From a virus (Duplodnaviria > Caudoviricetes), in the IMG/VR virus record IMGVR_UViG_3300025530_000048, positions 1 through 25,476 of that record: a DNA stretch of 25,476 nucleotides; one strand, written 5' to 3'. This document shows, one piece after another, positions 15,275-24,981 of this stretch (the stretch's first letter is position 1; every line of letters starts with the position of its first letter). The position numbers and the translations under genes are program-made. The notes under the pieces are model-generated. The model was given only the letters and a program-made list of their open reading frames with translations. It was not told the origin of the DNA and ran no database searches.

Positions 15275-16643
15275 CGGACTTCACCCTCTCAATCCTTGCT
15301 TTAACCGCTTGCATCAGTGCCTCCTGTCCGGTGTTCTTCCGTTCGATCGCTCCAACCGCATCCTCGTCCATCGTGCCCTCAGCCACATATCGCCGGACAA
15401 CGACTCGATTGGTCTGGCCCTGTCTATGCACTCGGGCATTTGCCTGCAGATACTCCTCCAGGCTCCAGATCTGATCGAACCAGATTAACGTCTGACAACT
15501 TGACTCCTGCAGGTTGAGTCCGTGGCCGGCTGATTTCGGATGTAGACACAACAGTTCTATCTCGTCATTGTTCCAGGCTCGTATATCTTCATTGCCGTCT
15601 CTTCCCTTTCGCAGGATCCTCGCTTGCGGGAATCGCCTCTGGATCCGCTCGAGGCTGTGCTGGTAGTAATAAAACACCATCACCGGCTTGCCGTTTGCTG
15701 CCTCAATGTCGTCCTCCAGCTGGTCCAACTTGGCATCATGAATCATCTTGACGCCTCGCTGCTCGTCGTACACCGCACCGCTCGCCATCTGCAGCAGCTT
15801 GTTGCTCAAGACTGCTGCCGTCTGTGCGACAACATCAGCGTCAGCAAACTCCAGCAGCAGATCACGCTCTAGCTTCTTGTACAGCTCCCACGGCTTACCG
15901 GTGATCTTGATCAGCACCGTCTGCTCGATCTTTTCCGGCAGCTCCAACCAATCCTCAGCTTTCATGCTTACGACGATGTCGCTGATCGCTTCGTAGATCC
16001 GTTGCTCCGCTTCTTTCTTCGCCTTCCAGTCGTATACGATATGACCGCTGCGAGCTCCCGGGACAAAGTACCGATCACGAAATCCGGTGATCGTCTTGCC
16101 CAAACGCTCGCCCTGGTCCAGCAGATAGATCTGTGGCCAAAGGTCGATTAGCGTATTAGGTGCTGGCGTACCTGTCAATTCTACTACCCTGTTGATCATA
16201 GGCCGGACTCGACGGAGTGCCCGGAATCGCTTGGCCTGATGATTCTTGAAGCTGCTGGACTCATCAATGATCACCATATCAAAGTCCCATTTCGTGCCCA
16301 GTTCGCTCACCAGCCATTCGACATTCTCGCGGTTGATCACGTATAGATCTGCTTCGGATCTCAACGCTCGTCGCCGCTGTTCTGCACTCCCCAGGATCTT
16401 CGAGATCCTGAGATGCTGCAGATGATCCCATTTCCCCACTTCACGCGACCAGGTATCTTCTGCGACCCGCAACGGCGCGATTACGAGAGGCTTGATCACC
16501 TCAAACTCTCTCAGCAACATATCGACTGCCGTTAACGTGCTCACTGTCTTGCCAAGGCCCATCTCCAACAGCAAGGCGATGTAAGGCGTGTCCAGTATCC
16601 TTTGAATCGCATACTCCTGATATTTGTGTGGGATGAACTTCAT
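15267..16643 (-). CDS. SNF2-family helicase
   Basis: 'EMGLGKT', 'IIDESS', 'LTGTP', 'SAGHGLNLQ', 'QANARVHRQGQ'. Confidence 0.95.
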   Translation of the reverse strand: MKFIPHKYQEYAIQRILDTPYIALLLEMGLGKTVSTLTAVDMLLREFEVIKPLVIAPLRVAEDTWSREVGKWDHLQHLRISKILGSAEQRRRALRSEADLYVINRENVEWLVSELGTKWDFDMVIIDESSSFKNHQAKRFRALRRVRPMINRVVELTGTPAPNTLIDLWPQIYLLDQGERLGKTITGFRDRYFVPGARSGHIVYDWKAKKEAEQRIYEAISDIVVSMKAEDWLELPEKIEQTVLIKITGKPWELYKKLERDLLLEFADADVVAQTAAVLSNKLLQMASGAVYDEQRGVKMIHDAKLDQLEDDIEAANGKPVMVFYYYQHSLERIQRRFPQARILRKGRDGNEDIRAWNNDEIELLCLHPKSAGHGLNLQESSCQTLIWFDQIWSLEEYLQANARVHRQGQTNRVVVRRYVAEGTMDEDAVGAIERKNTGQEALMQAVKARIERVKSDG

Positions 16644-16921
16644 TTCGGCATCACCTCCTGGATGAATCTCTCTATGTCGTCTTCCGAATCGATCTTGAAA
16701 ACCTGGTGCCCCCTAGCCTGCAGTCTCTTCATCCATTTCCGCTGAAGCGGCTCAAGCGGTTTGCCTGGTGCCTTCAGTTCAGCAAATGCTACACGTCCGC
16801 CAGGCAAGATCACAATGCGATCAGGCACGCCTCGGTTCCCTGGACTCGTCCACTTCGGCGCGAGCCCACCGATACGTTCCACTGATTGACGGAACTTTTT
16901 CTCAAGTGCCGATTCTCGCAT
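16640..16921 (-). CDS. VRR-NUC domain nuclease
   Basis: 'SPGNRGVPDRIV...FAELKAPG...PLQ'. Confidence 0.93.
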   Translation of the reverse strand: MRESALEKKFRQSVERIGGLAPKWTSPGNRGVPDRIVILPGGRVAFAELKAPGKPLEPLQRKWMKRLQARGHQVFKIDSEDDIERFIQEVMPK

Positions 16922-16924
16922 ACG

Positions 16925-17204
16925 TTAACCTCCGTGATCAGTAGTATCACGCGCGCGCGTATACGTGCGTTTTTTACGTTTAACCTATATTTCTGTAGGT
17001 TACACATAGGTTAATTTCATTTTTTTATTTTTTGATATATTTACTGATACAACTGATACATATCCGCCTAACGGCTAGTGTTTACAAGGCTTTAGCGTGT
17101 ATCAGGGATGTTGATTTTTACTGATACGTTACTGATACACTGTTACAATCGCCTGTATCAGTTGTATCAGTGATGATCAGTAGCTTTGGTATGCTCACTG
17201 ATAC
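16925..17204. repeat. Putative replication origin with CTGATAC iterons
   Basis: Exact CTGATAC at 17044, 17053, 17121, 17132 and 17198; inverted (GTATCAG) at 17099, 17155 and 17164; variants at 17140 and 17175. AT-rich tract at 17011-17042. Lies immediately downstream of the primase-helicase. Confidence 0.8.
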
Positions 17205-19561
17205 ACGTCATCGACTCTTTCAAACACGGTCTGTAAGCCGTATCCTGCGACTCTGGCCCTGCCTTTTCGCTCTTCCCATCCGGGTATGTGACGCAAGATG
17301 TCGCAAATCTCCTTCGCGTCCCACGGTTTCATGTCTCCTCGACGTTTGCCCAAGCATTCCACCCAGATCTGCGCCGCGCACACGCGTCGTCTTAGTCCGA
17401 TCGGCCGATCCATCTCATCAGTTTCTTCCTGCTCAAGCCATTCCGCGATCAGGCCTTCTCGCGGATCCGATTCCATGTGTGCTGCTTGTCGCCTCTCCGC
17501 CTCTGTACGTGCTTCGTCATCCAGTTGCAAGGATTCCCCCGCCTCGTACCACGTCAGCACCTCAGCCCAGATTTGGCGAACCTCGGCATCATCTAGGTGC
17601 TCCCAATGGCTAAGCTCCGCCCGACTCGGATCCACCTCAACTGGCCAGAACCGGCGGTTACCTGTTGTGTCACGCAGAAACTCACGGCTGTTCGTCGTGC
17701 CGAAAAACACGCACTTACGCGGAAACTCTGACACCTGCCGATCATAGGCCACCCGGTATCGATCCTCGGTCTTTGAGAGAAACGCCTTTACCTCTTCAAC
17801 CTCTGACTTCTTCATCGCCGACAGCTCGCCAATCTCGAAGATCCAGCCGTTCTGCAGATGTTCGCCTGCTTCCTTATTTTCGAATGTGCGCAACGAATCA
17901 CTGAACCAGTCTCGCCCAAGCTTGGCCAATATCGAGCTCTTGCCTGCGCCTTGAGGGCCTACCAGGACAAGCATCTGGTCAAACTTGCAACCAGGCTGAT
18001 AGAGTCTAGTGACCGCCGCCAACAACATCTTCCGTGTCACCTGCCGCACATAATGCGTATCAGGCGCGCCGAGATACGTGATAAACACTCGTTCAGCTCG
18101 CTCAATCCCGTCCCACTCTACGCTCTCCACATAGGTCTTGATCGGATGAAACGTATTCCGGTGCACGACCTCTGTAAAGGCGTTCTGGATGAGTCTCGCT
18201 GACTGAATGCCATAATGTTTAGCAAACCAGTGCAGGAGCCGCTTATCATCGGCAGCAAGCCACGGCTCGTATAACCGGTTCGGGCGTTCGCGCTCACGCC
18301 AAGGCAGCGGCTTGCAGATTACCTCGGTGTTGCCGAACGCGTCATATCCCAGTACACCACGCCATGGGCCATGAGTTAGGATCAACTCCACGTTGCTGGC
18401 CGTAGGCAGGACCTCGCCTGTCTTATGGTGTAGTTCCAGCTTCTCCGTCCAGCTGTCATCCTCCGGCTCATCGTCATCGAAGTCCTCGTCCGCGAAGTCA
18501 GTCTGCAGATCTGACATCATCTCAGCTCCGGCGAGCCGCTTAACCTCCGGCAGCCTGATTGCCCACTGCTCCACGGCCAGGTGGCTCGGCTTCTTGGCGT
18601 CCGGTGTAAACTCCTTGACACGCTCATCCAGGTGACCGAACTTGTGCACTCGAACGAGATCAAACAGGTTGTATGTGCGACCGTCGGCCACCGGATCACT
18701 GTCCTGGTGTGAATAGGCTAAGTCCTGGTCGGGAAATATCTGTAGACCGTTTGCTGACGTACCGTGTAGATACGTGTACCGATTAGCCATTGTACCCGGC
18801 TCGTACACGTCCGATAGAAACCTCTCGATTCCTTCAGCGATCGTAAACGCTCGGCAGAATAGTCCGATCGTGCCCATCTTTGTTCGCGGATCCTGCGCCT
18901 TAGTCGTGGCTGTTCTGAGCGCCTTGGTCTCATCTGGATGCCGCGGCCAAGCCATCACATCCGACCAGTCGTCGTACTCTGCGAGCACGCTGTCTACGTC
19001 GAGCGGATCACCCTCGTAGACTTCAAAAACCGGCTCCGCATCTTTGCTGCAACTCGGCATGTACATGAGCCGGTGAACGTCGAATGTGGTCTTGTCGAAG
19101 TACGTGATGCCAATCTGGTCGGCGATCTTACGGCTGACTGCAGCATATTCGTCCGGAGACAGCGCCCGACTGCAAGGGATAATCAGGCGGTATTTGGGCT
19201 TATGTGGACGATGGCTGTGTGTCGAGTAAACCACGTAAGCGTGTCCGCCCAAGACAAGCTCGCAGGTGAAGATGAAGTCGTCATCTGCATAATCTGCATC
19301 CAGCGTGACCAGGCTGCGTGACTCGACGTTCTCTTTCTTCCGCCGGCCGCCCCGGATGAACCCGCCGACAAAAGCGGGCCCATCCTTGACTTTACCCTTC
19401 GCCGGCGTGGACATCTTGTCATACTGCGCCATCGTCTCGTTCGTCCGTCGAACCTTCCGCAGCCTCTCGACGAACTCTTCCCAGGTAAGGTATTCAGGTT
19501 TCCAGTTTGTATCAGCTCGGTGCTTGCCGAACGATATATCAAGCTCGTGCATGCTGCTCAC
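17195..19561 (-). CDS. Primase-helicase (VapE/VirE domain)
   Basis: N-terminal primase-like 'LVTLDAD...YSTHSH...PKYRLIIP'; C-terminal 'GPQGAGKS', 'FEIGEL', 'GTTN...FLRDTTGNRRFWP'. Confidence 0.93.
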   Translation of the reverse strand: MSSMHELDISFGKHRADTNWKPEYLTWEEFVERLRKVRRTNETMAQYDKMSTPAKGKVKDGPAFVGGFIRGGRRKKENVESRSLVTLDADYADDDFIFTCELVLGGHAYVVYSTHSHRPHKPKYRLIIPCSRALSPDEYAAVSRKIADQIGITYFDKTTFDVHRLMYMPSCSKDAEPVFEVYEGDPLDVDSVLAEYDDWSDVMAWPRHPDETKALRTATTKAQDPRTKMGTIGLFCRAFTIAEGIERFLSDVYEPGTMANRYTYLHGTSANGLQIFPDQDLAYSHQDSDPVADGRTYNLFDLVRVHKFGHLDERVKEFTPDAKKPSHLAVEQWAIRLPEVKRLAGAEMMSDLQTDFADEDFDDDEPEDDSWTEKLELHHKTGEVLPTASNVELILTHGPWRGVLGYDAFGNTEVICKPLPWRERERPNRLYEPWLAADDKRLLHWFAKHYGIQSARLIQNAFTEVVHRNTFHPIKTYVESVEWDGIERAERVFITYLGAPDTHYVRQVTRKMLLAAVTRLYQPGCKFDQMLVLVGPQGAGKSSILAKLGRDWFSDSLRTFENKEAGEHLQNGWIFEIGELSAMKKSEVEEVKAFLSKTEDRYRVAYDRQVSEFPRKCVFFGTTNSREFLRDTTGNRRFWPVEVDPSRAELSHWEHLDDAEVRQIWAEVLTWYEAGESLQLDDEARTEAERRQAAHMESDPREGLIAEWLEQEETDEMDRPIGLRRRVCAAQIWVECLGKRRGDMKPWDAKEICDILRHIPGWEERKGRARVAGYGLQTVFERVDDVYQ

Positions 19562-19568
19562 CTACTTT

Positions 19569-20348
19569 TCATGCGGTTAGGTCTGCTTCCTTCACAAATA
19601 CTCCGTTGATCATTTTCCCCTTGCGGTCCTTAATCTCCTCGTATGCGGCTTCAATGCACTTTTCAATATCGAGACCGAGCTGAAGAGACAGAACCGTCAG
19701 TACGACGTACATGTCGCCGATTGAGTCGATGATCAACGCCTGGTTACCCTTCTCCATCCCTCGACACAGCTCTCCGACTTCTTCCATCAATTTGAGGGCC
19801 TGCTTGACCGGATCCGCAGTATGCAAGTCTCGTTCTTTCGCCCACCGCTTGATCTTTGATGCCACGCTTTCCGCTTTGGGCTGTGTGTGTTGCAGGATCA
19901 GTTGTTCCAGCTGCTTAGCCAGACAGGAAGGTGCTTCTGGTGTTGGAATCGGCTCATCTTCAGGCTGTGCTATAGGCTGTGTGTCAGACTCGGCGCCGGA
20001 TTTCCTTACCGCTGCCATCAACTCCAGTTCCCGATCCTCCGCATCCTTTTCCTTGATACCCCACGTCTGCAGCTGGCGGTAAAATGCCTGAGTGTTGCTC
20101 TTATAACGCTCCTTCATAATCTCCGTGCGGCCTTTACCCTGCAGTCTCAACTGCAGATACTGCTCTTTGGTCAACGTGCTCATATGCTTTTCCTCCCTTA
20201 TCAGTTTCCCGGTAGCTCGATAATGTTCGAGTTCTTCGGGAGTCAATTTGTAGGTGATAACCGGACCGGATCCGCGAGACATCTCCTCGATCTCCCGTTT
20301 CGGGACCGGCGTCCCAGTAGATCCATACAAGAGATGTTCACCTCTCAA
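19569..20348 (-). CDS. MazG-like NTP pyrophosphohydrolase with long N-terminal extension
   Basis: C-terminal 'KQALKLMEEVGEL...DSIGD...AYEEIKDRKGKMINGVFVKE'. Start uncertain: TTG 20348, or in-frame ATG 20183 with a strong RBS. Confidence 0.85.
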   Translation of the reverse strand: MRGEHLLYGSTGTPVPKREIEEMSRGSGPVITYKLTPEELEHYRATGKLIREEKHMSTLTKEQYLQLRLQGKGRTEIMKERYKSNTQAFYRQLQTWGIKEKDAEDRELELMAAVRKSGAESDTQPIAQPEDEPIPTPEAPSCLAKQLEQLILQHTQPKAESVASKIKRWAKERDLHTADPVKQALKLMEEVGELCRGMEKGNQALIIDSIGDMYVVLTVLSLQLGLDIEKCIEAAYEEIKDRKGKMINGVFVKEADLTA

Positions 20349-22297
20349 TCCTTCTGATAAAACTCACACTCAAAGCCAGCTGCCTTGAGCGGTAACCCCG
20401 GCGCCCAGTCTATCGGTTGACTCATTATTTCTGTGACCTCTTCCACGGATCCGACGCCGATCGGCACTTCCAGCACAACCTCATCATGTACATGAAGTGG
20501 TATCCGGTAGCCGGCGGCATCTAACCTTAGTAAGCTCTCTGTTAGGCAATCCCGAGCGATCCCCTGGACGAGGTTCTCCACGAGCGTGCCGCCCCAAGTG
20601 CGCTGACGAACCATCTTACCTGTTTGATCTGGAGCAAGGAACGTAAGTCCTTCCTTGCCATCGAACTTCGGATCCGGCTTTACCTGCGGCGACGGATAAG
20701 CCAGGCTATGGCCGCTTGGTAGGTCGGCGAACAAGTATCCGTCGGCATACCGGTATTGCACGCCGTGCTCCAGCTTAACGGTTGATTTAGTCCGAACTGC
20801 CTCAATCGCTGCCTCCTCTGCCCGATACCACAGCCGGCGGATGTTCGGATTAGCATCTCGCCACTGCTTCACGAGATCCGGATACTGTTCTTCCGGGATC
20901 TCTTTTTTCTTGTCCATGGCTGCCAGAGCGGCCACTCCGCCTCCGAATCCACAGGCAAGCGTTGCCACTTTTCCGGGAGCACGATACCTGTAGTTTTCAT
21001 GCCCCTTGACGATCGTTTCGAACGGGATCCCAAACATGCGCGCAGCTGTCGCCTCGTAGATTTTGCCGTGACCTTTGAAAACCTCCAGCACCCAGTGCTC
21101 GTCAGCAAGCCAAGCGATCACGCGCGCCTCGATCGCTGAGAAGTCCGATACGATGAAACGATGTCCGTCTGCCGGTATAAGCGCGGTGCGGATGAGCTCA
21201 GATAGCACAAACGGTACAGGGCCGAACATTATCTCCAGCCATTCGAAGTCGCCGGACACCAATATCTCACGTGCCAGAGCCAAATCCTTCAAGTGGTTTT
21301 GGGGCAAGTTGTGCATCTGAACTCGGCGACCGGCCCAGCGCCATGTCCGGCTCGCTCCACAGTATTGGAGGATTCCCCTAACTCTACCGTCATTGCAGAC
21401 TGAAGTCTGCATGGCAACGTACTTGCTGACCGAAGTCTTACCAAGCTCCTGCCTGATATCCAGCATGCGCCTGGTGGCGTCATCGGGAGCTGCGTCAAGC
21501 AGAACAGACATGTTATCCTTACTTAAGCTGTCGATCTGCATGCCGTGATCAGAAAACCAACCCTTAAGTTGCTCGATGCTGTTAGGGTTATCAAGTCCTG
21601 TGAGATCTCGCGCCTCCTGGATCAATCGTTCGTTGTATTGATCTGAGCAAGAAATCGCCTGGCTTACCATTTTCCGATCAATCCTGACGCCGAGATCATT
21701 GATCTTCTGATCGATTGCCCAGACTTTCCACTCCCGATCTGGTACCGGGAACTTCTCCAACCGTTTGCGGATCTCGCGCTCCACAACAACGTCCTGGCGA
21801 TTGTATTCGATGAACTCCTGCCACTTATCCGGCGCATGATGCGGTAAATTCCGAGTGCGACCGCCATTGACTTTAGTCGGTTTGCATGGCACTGAGAAGT
21901 ACTTGATCAGGTTTTTGCCCTTGCTATCCTTCTGCTCCTCGAGCCCCAGCGCGATAGCTGCCTTTTCGAGTGAACCGGGTAGCCCGAGCGTGTAAGCATG
22001 AGCCATTGAGCAGTGCCAGAATCGCGGATCACAGGCCAGGCCGAAATGTTTGGTAATCGCAGTTCGCTCAAATGAAGCGTTCCACGCGGTTTTGATCACG
22101 TCAGACTCAAGAGCACGCATCACATCTACCGGGACGTCCTCGAATTCGGTCAGGTCAATGACCGTCACCGGATCGTCATCGAACGCGAACGCAAAAAGCA
22201 GGATCTCGAAGTCAGGAGCCTCGACGTAACGGTGAGCACCGCATAATTTGAGGTCGATACTGGAGTAAGTCTCGAGGTCAATCTGCAATACGGTCAT
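20345..22297 (-). CDS. Phage family A DNA polymerase (3'-5' exonuclease plus polymerase)
   Basis: Exo I 'IDLETYS', motif A 'SDFSAIEARV', motif B 'RAPGKVATLACGFG', motif C 'HVHDE'. Confidence 0.96.
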   Translation of the reverse strand: MTVLQIDLETYSSIDLKLCGAHRYVEAPDFEILLFAFAFDDDPVTVIDLTEFEDVPVDVMRALESDVIKTAWNASFERTAITKHFGLACDPRFWHCSMAHAYTLGLPGSLEKAAIALGLEEQKDSKGKNLIKYFSVPCKPTKVNGGRTRNLPHHAPDKWQEFIEYNRQDVVVEREIRKRLEKFPVPDREWKVWAIDQKINDLGVRIDRKMVSQAISCSDQYNERLIQEARDLTGLDNPNSIEQLKGWFSDHGMQIDSLSKDNMSVLLDAAPDDATRRMLDIRQELGKTSVSKYVAMQTSVCNDGRVRGILQYCGASRTWRWAGRRVQMHNLPQNHLKDLALAREILVSGDFEWLEIMFGPVPFVLSELIRTALIPADGHRFIVSDFSAIEARVIAWLADEHWVLEVFKGHGKIYEATAARMFGIPFETIVKGHENYRYRAPGKVATLACGFGGGVAALAAMDKKKEIPEEQYPDLVKQWRDANPNIRRLWYRAEEAAIEAVRTKSTVKLEHGVQYRYADGYLFADLPSGHSLAYPSPQVKPDPKFDGKEGLTFLAPDQTGKMVRQRTWGGTLVENLVQGIARDCLTESLLRLDAAGYRIPLHVHDEVVLEVPIGVGSVEEVTEIMSQPIDWAPGLPLKAAGFECEFYQKD

Positions 22298-22320
22298 TGC
22301 TCATTTCCTCCAGTTTGGAT

Positions 22321-22348
22321 AATGAAGGGGACCCGTTACCGAATCCCC
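22321..22348 (-). terminator. GC-rich hairpin or weak terminator between SSB and polymerase
   Basis: GGGGATTCG-GTAA-CGGGTCCCC followed by TTCATT (poor U tract). Confidence 0.55.
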
Positions 22349-22358
22349 GCGCGTGCTG

Positions 22359-22961
22359 TTAGCTTAAGAAGTCATCGTCTTCGTACGAATCGACCACATC
22401 ATCGAAATCCTCGTTGGCAAAGTCATCATGAAGACTGGCTCGTCCGCCAAGGAATTCACCGTCTTGAACTTTCACGATGTTGTTCAGGCCTGCGGCAACG
22501 CCCTTGTTGCCTTTCGCATCGTACGGGTAGAAGTTGAGTGACACCTTCGCGTAGCATCCGGAATAAACTTCAGTCGAGTCCGTGATCTCCTGGAACTTGA
22601 CCTTGCCATCCGAACCCTTGCCGATCGGCTTCGCGATGCCAGGCTTCGTCTTGGAAGTGGCATTTAGGAAGTAGTGACCGGCGTATGCTTCATCGTCCGG
22701 ACGTTCCTCGTCGCCATCGCGCAACGGTTTCTTCAAATTGACTGGGATCTTGCCTCCCCACTTCGACGACTTGCCTTGTTCAACTGCTGCGTCCACAGCA
22801 GCCTTGATCTTTCGCAGCGTATCCTTGTCCTCCTTCGGGATAAGAATCGAAACGCTGTACTTTTCCTCGCCGTTATCATCTGGACGTGGTTCGAAGATGT
22901 GGCAGTACGAGAGACGTACCTTGCCTGTGATAACCTTAGTTGTTTGATTGTCGATTGCCAT
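22359..22961 (-). CDS. DUF2815 single-stranded DNA-binding protein
   Basis: 'VRLSY', 'PLRDGD', 'VYSGCY', 'GVAAGLNNI' and an acidic C-terminus. Confidence 0.92.
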   Translation of the reverse strand: MAIDNQTTKVITGKVRLSYCHIFEPRPDDNGEEKYSVSILIPKEDKDTLRKIKAAVDAAVEQGKSSKWGGKIPVNLKKPLRDGDEERPDDEAYAGHYFLNATSKTKPGIAKPIGKGSDGKVKFQEITDSTEVYSGCYAKVSLNFYPYDAKGNKGVAAGLNNIVKVQDGEFLGGRASLHDDFANEDFDDVVDSYEDDDFLS

Positions 22962-22967
22962 GAATGA

Positions 22968-24170
22968 TCAGTCCTCCATAATGAAATTTTCATTTGCAAA
23001 ATCAGATTCGATACTGTTGAGTTCTGGACGCGGGTCGGTGTCTACAACTAGCACCGGCTTTCCAGGTGGCTTCTGAATCAGATCGCCGGCGATTTCAGCA
23101 AGCTGCTTCTTCCCGACAACTTTCTCCAGCTTGGAGATTCCGAGCAGTTTAACCTCTGTGATCGAGTCTGCCGGGAACCCTTGGCTGTCGAGAAGCTTAA
23201 GCAGGGCGTCCTCATCCGCGATCTTGCGGACGCTGCGGCCTTCTACCAGCTTCCACCCCGGTATGCGTTCACCCCTCATAGCCTTCTCTTGAGCAAACTC
23301 CTGCACGTCCTTCGCCCAGGATTGGAGCTGTTCGGCGATGTGTAGGATCTGCCCGATCTCTTCGATCGAGAGGAGCGCTGGGTCTTGGAACTCGTACGAC
23401 AAGGCTTCCATATTCGCTTCTGCACGAGCCCGACAGTTACCCTTAACCTTGCACCATCGGCAGTGATCGCCGGCCTTGAACTCTCCCTCGCCGCGCCAAG
23501 CAAGCTCTGCGGCTGGGCGTACAACTGTCTCGCCCCACTCTCGTAAACTCTCAACATCGATCACGTCGGTGCTGATAGAGTCGAGCCGAGGCTGGACGAT
23601 CGTCATATGCACCTCACGGATGTCGTACATCCAGTCGAAACCCTCCAGAGCACCGAGTGCATAAAGCCTCATCTGCGGATTGCCGACCGCGCTGACGGGT
23701 ACACCCTTGCCATACTTGAGGTCGATGATTTCCATGACCCCGTCTGCGATAAGCACAACGTCGCCGGTGCCGTACCCATCCGGGACCAGGTACGAGAAGT
23801 TCAATCGTTCTTCGAGCATGATGATGGCATCTTTACTACGGGCCTTGGCCGCCATGAATCGCTCACCGACGAGCTCTACATAGGCCGTAACGGCTGACTC
23901 CATCTCAGCGTTGTAATACAGGTTCTCCGCCTTGAATACCTCGATCTGCTCGTCCAGCTTCTTACGCTCAGCAGCCTTTAGGACCGTCAGCCGCCGGCGA
24001 AGCAATAGCTCTGCATATTCATGCGCCGCTGTCCCTTCATCCGCGTACTCGCTCCGTTTATCCGGCACGCTCTCCTGCAGCCTGGCGCTAGGCGGGCAGT
24101 TGATCCATTGCTCCGCCTTGGATGCACCAAGCAATGCATGAGCGCGCTCTGCGTGTGCTGGCTGACTCAT
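22968..24170 (-). CDS. DUF2800 Cas4-like PD-(D/E)XK exonuclease
   Basis: 'WINCPPS', 'EGTAAH', 'GTGD...IIDLKYGKG', 'NPQMRLYALG', 'CRWCKVKGNC'. Confidence 0.92.
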   Translation of the reverse strand: MSQPAHAERAHALLGASKAEQWINCPPSARLQESVPDKRSEYADEGTAAHEYAELLLRRRLTVLKAAERKKLDEQIEVFKAENLYYNAEMESAVTAYVELVGERFMAAKARSKDAIIMLEERLNFSYLVPDGYGTGDVVLIADGVMEIIDLKYGKGVPVSAVGNPQMRLYALGALEGFDWMYDIREVHMTIVQPRLDSISTDVIDVESLREWGETVVRPAAELAWRGEGEFKAGDHCRWCKVKGNCRARAEANMEALSYEFQDPALLSIEEIGQILHIAEQLQSWAKDVQEFAQEKAMRGERIPGWKLVEGRSVRKIADEDALLKLLDSQGFPADSITEVKLLGISKLEKVVGKKQLAEIAGDLIQKPPGKPVLVVDTDPRPELNSIESDFANENFIMED

Positions 24171-24520
24171 AGTTCCTCCAGCCTTGCCATAAACTCGGCC
24201 CGGCGATCCTCCGGTATCCCGGTAAGGTTTTTTGCACCGAACTCTTCGATCAGAGCTTTGACGGCGGCCTTATCCTTCACAGTCTGAGCTTTCGCCCGGA
24301 TCTCCTCGATCGACGGAGCGTCTTCAGCGGACTTGTCCGACTTAGTCTGAGGTGGTGCCTTGCTCTCTTGCTTAGGTGTCGGTTGTTGATCGGCAACCGT
24401 CGACACCTGCACATCAGCGATATCCTCCGTTCGCATACCTGCGAGTGTGTTGGCGGCGTCCTGCATGAGCTGACGCAGCTCATCGGCGTTATTCGCTGCG
24501 ATTGTAATGGTAATAGGCAT
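24167..24520 (-). CDS. Conserved replication-module hypothetical protein
   Basis: C-terminal 'SIEEIRAK...VKALIEEFGAKNLTGIP' domain, typical of the gene before DUF2800; AGGAGG RBS. Confidence 0.8.
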   Translation of the reverse strand: MPITITIAANNADELRQLMQDAANTLAGMRTEDIADVQVSTVADQQPTPKQESKAPPQTKSDKSAEDAPSIEEIRAKAQTVKDKAAVKALIEEFGAKNLTGIPEDRRAEFMARLEEL

Positions 24521-24535
24521 AGATGATTTCCTCCT

Positions 24536-24802
24536 TTATGAATGTTGAAGCTTGTCGACAATCAACCCCGCACACCCCGGACAGATGCGATACTGTCCCA
24601 TCTCGGCATACCGATCAGCCACTGTGCCGCACAGCGAGCAGCCGCCAGCGGGCTTGTACTTGCGCAGGACGATCTCCTCGTCGGACGTGTAGATCTCGAC
24701 CGGATCGCCCTCAGCGATACCGTACGTGCGACGTAGCTCTTTCGGGATGACGATGCGACCTAGATCATCGATACGGCGTACAATGCCGGTTGCTTTTTTC
24801 AT
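24536..24802 (-). CDS. abrB: AbrB-family transition-state regulator
   Basis: 'ATGIVRRIDDLGRIVIPKELRRTYGIAEGDPVEIY...IVLRKYKP' plus C-terminal CxxC...CxxC. Confidence 0.88.
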   Translation of the reverse strand: MKKATGIVRRIDDLGRIVIPKELRRTYGIAEGDPVEIYTSDEEIVLRKYKPAGGCSLCGTVADRYAEMGQYRICPGCAGLIVDKLQHS

Positions 24803-24981
24803 AGAGCATTTCTCCTTTTCAGCGCCCAGGGCATGATTTCATCCAGTTGTGCTTCCGTTAATTCTAGTTCTTTTCCTAATGCTTCGATGTCTGACTTGAT
24901 CCTCTCGCAAACCAAGCAATCGGGATCAGTGCAAACTTCCAAACGCCCCAAAAGTTCATGGAGAAGCTGGATCTTATTCAT
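24799..24981 (-). CDS. Hypothetical protein (CTDPDCLVC)
   Basis: 60 aa; overlaps the abrB start. Confidence 0.65.
   Translation of the reverse strand: MNKIQLLHELLGRLEVCTDPDCLVCERIKSDIEALGKELELTEAQLDEIMPWALKRRNAL

Noticed and set aside
16810-17007. 65-aa minus-strand ORF across the origin/VRR-NUC boundary
   Set aside because: No RBS, composition reflects origin repeats, and it overlaps VRR-NUC out of frame.
17043-17204. Short repeats as a CRISPR-like array
   Set aside because: 7-8-mers in both orientations without unique spacers; they fit origin iterons.
22968-24170. Cas4-like gene as evidence of CRISPR-Cas
   Set aside because: DUF2800 is a routine member of the DUF2800-DUF2815-PolA module; no array or other cas genes are present.
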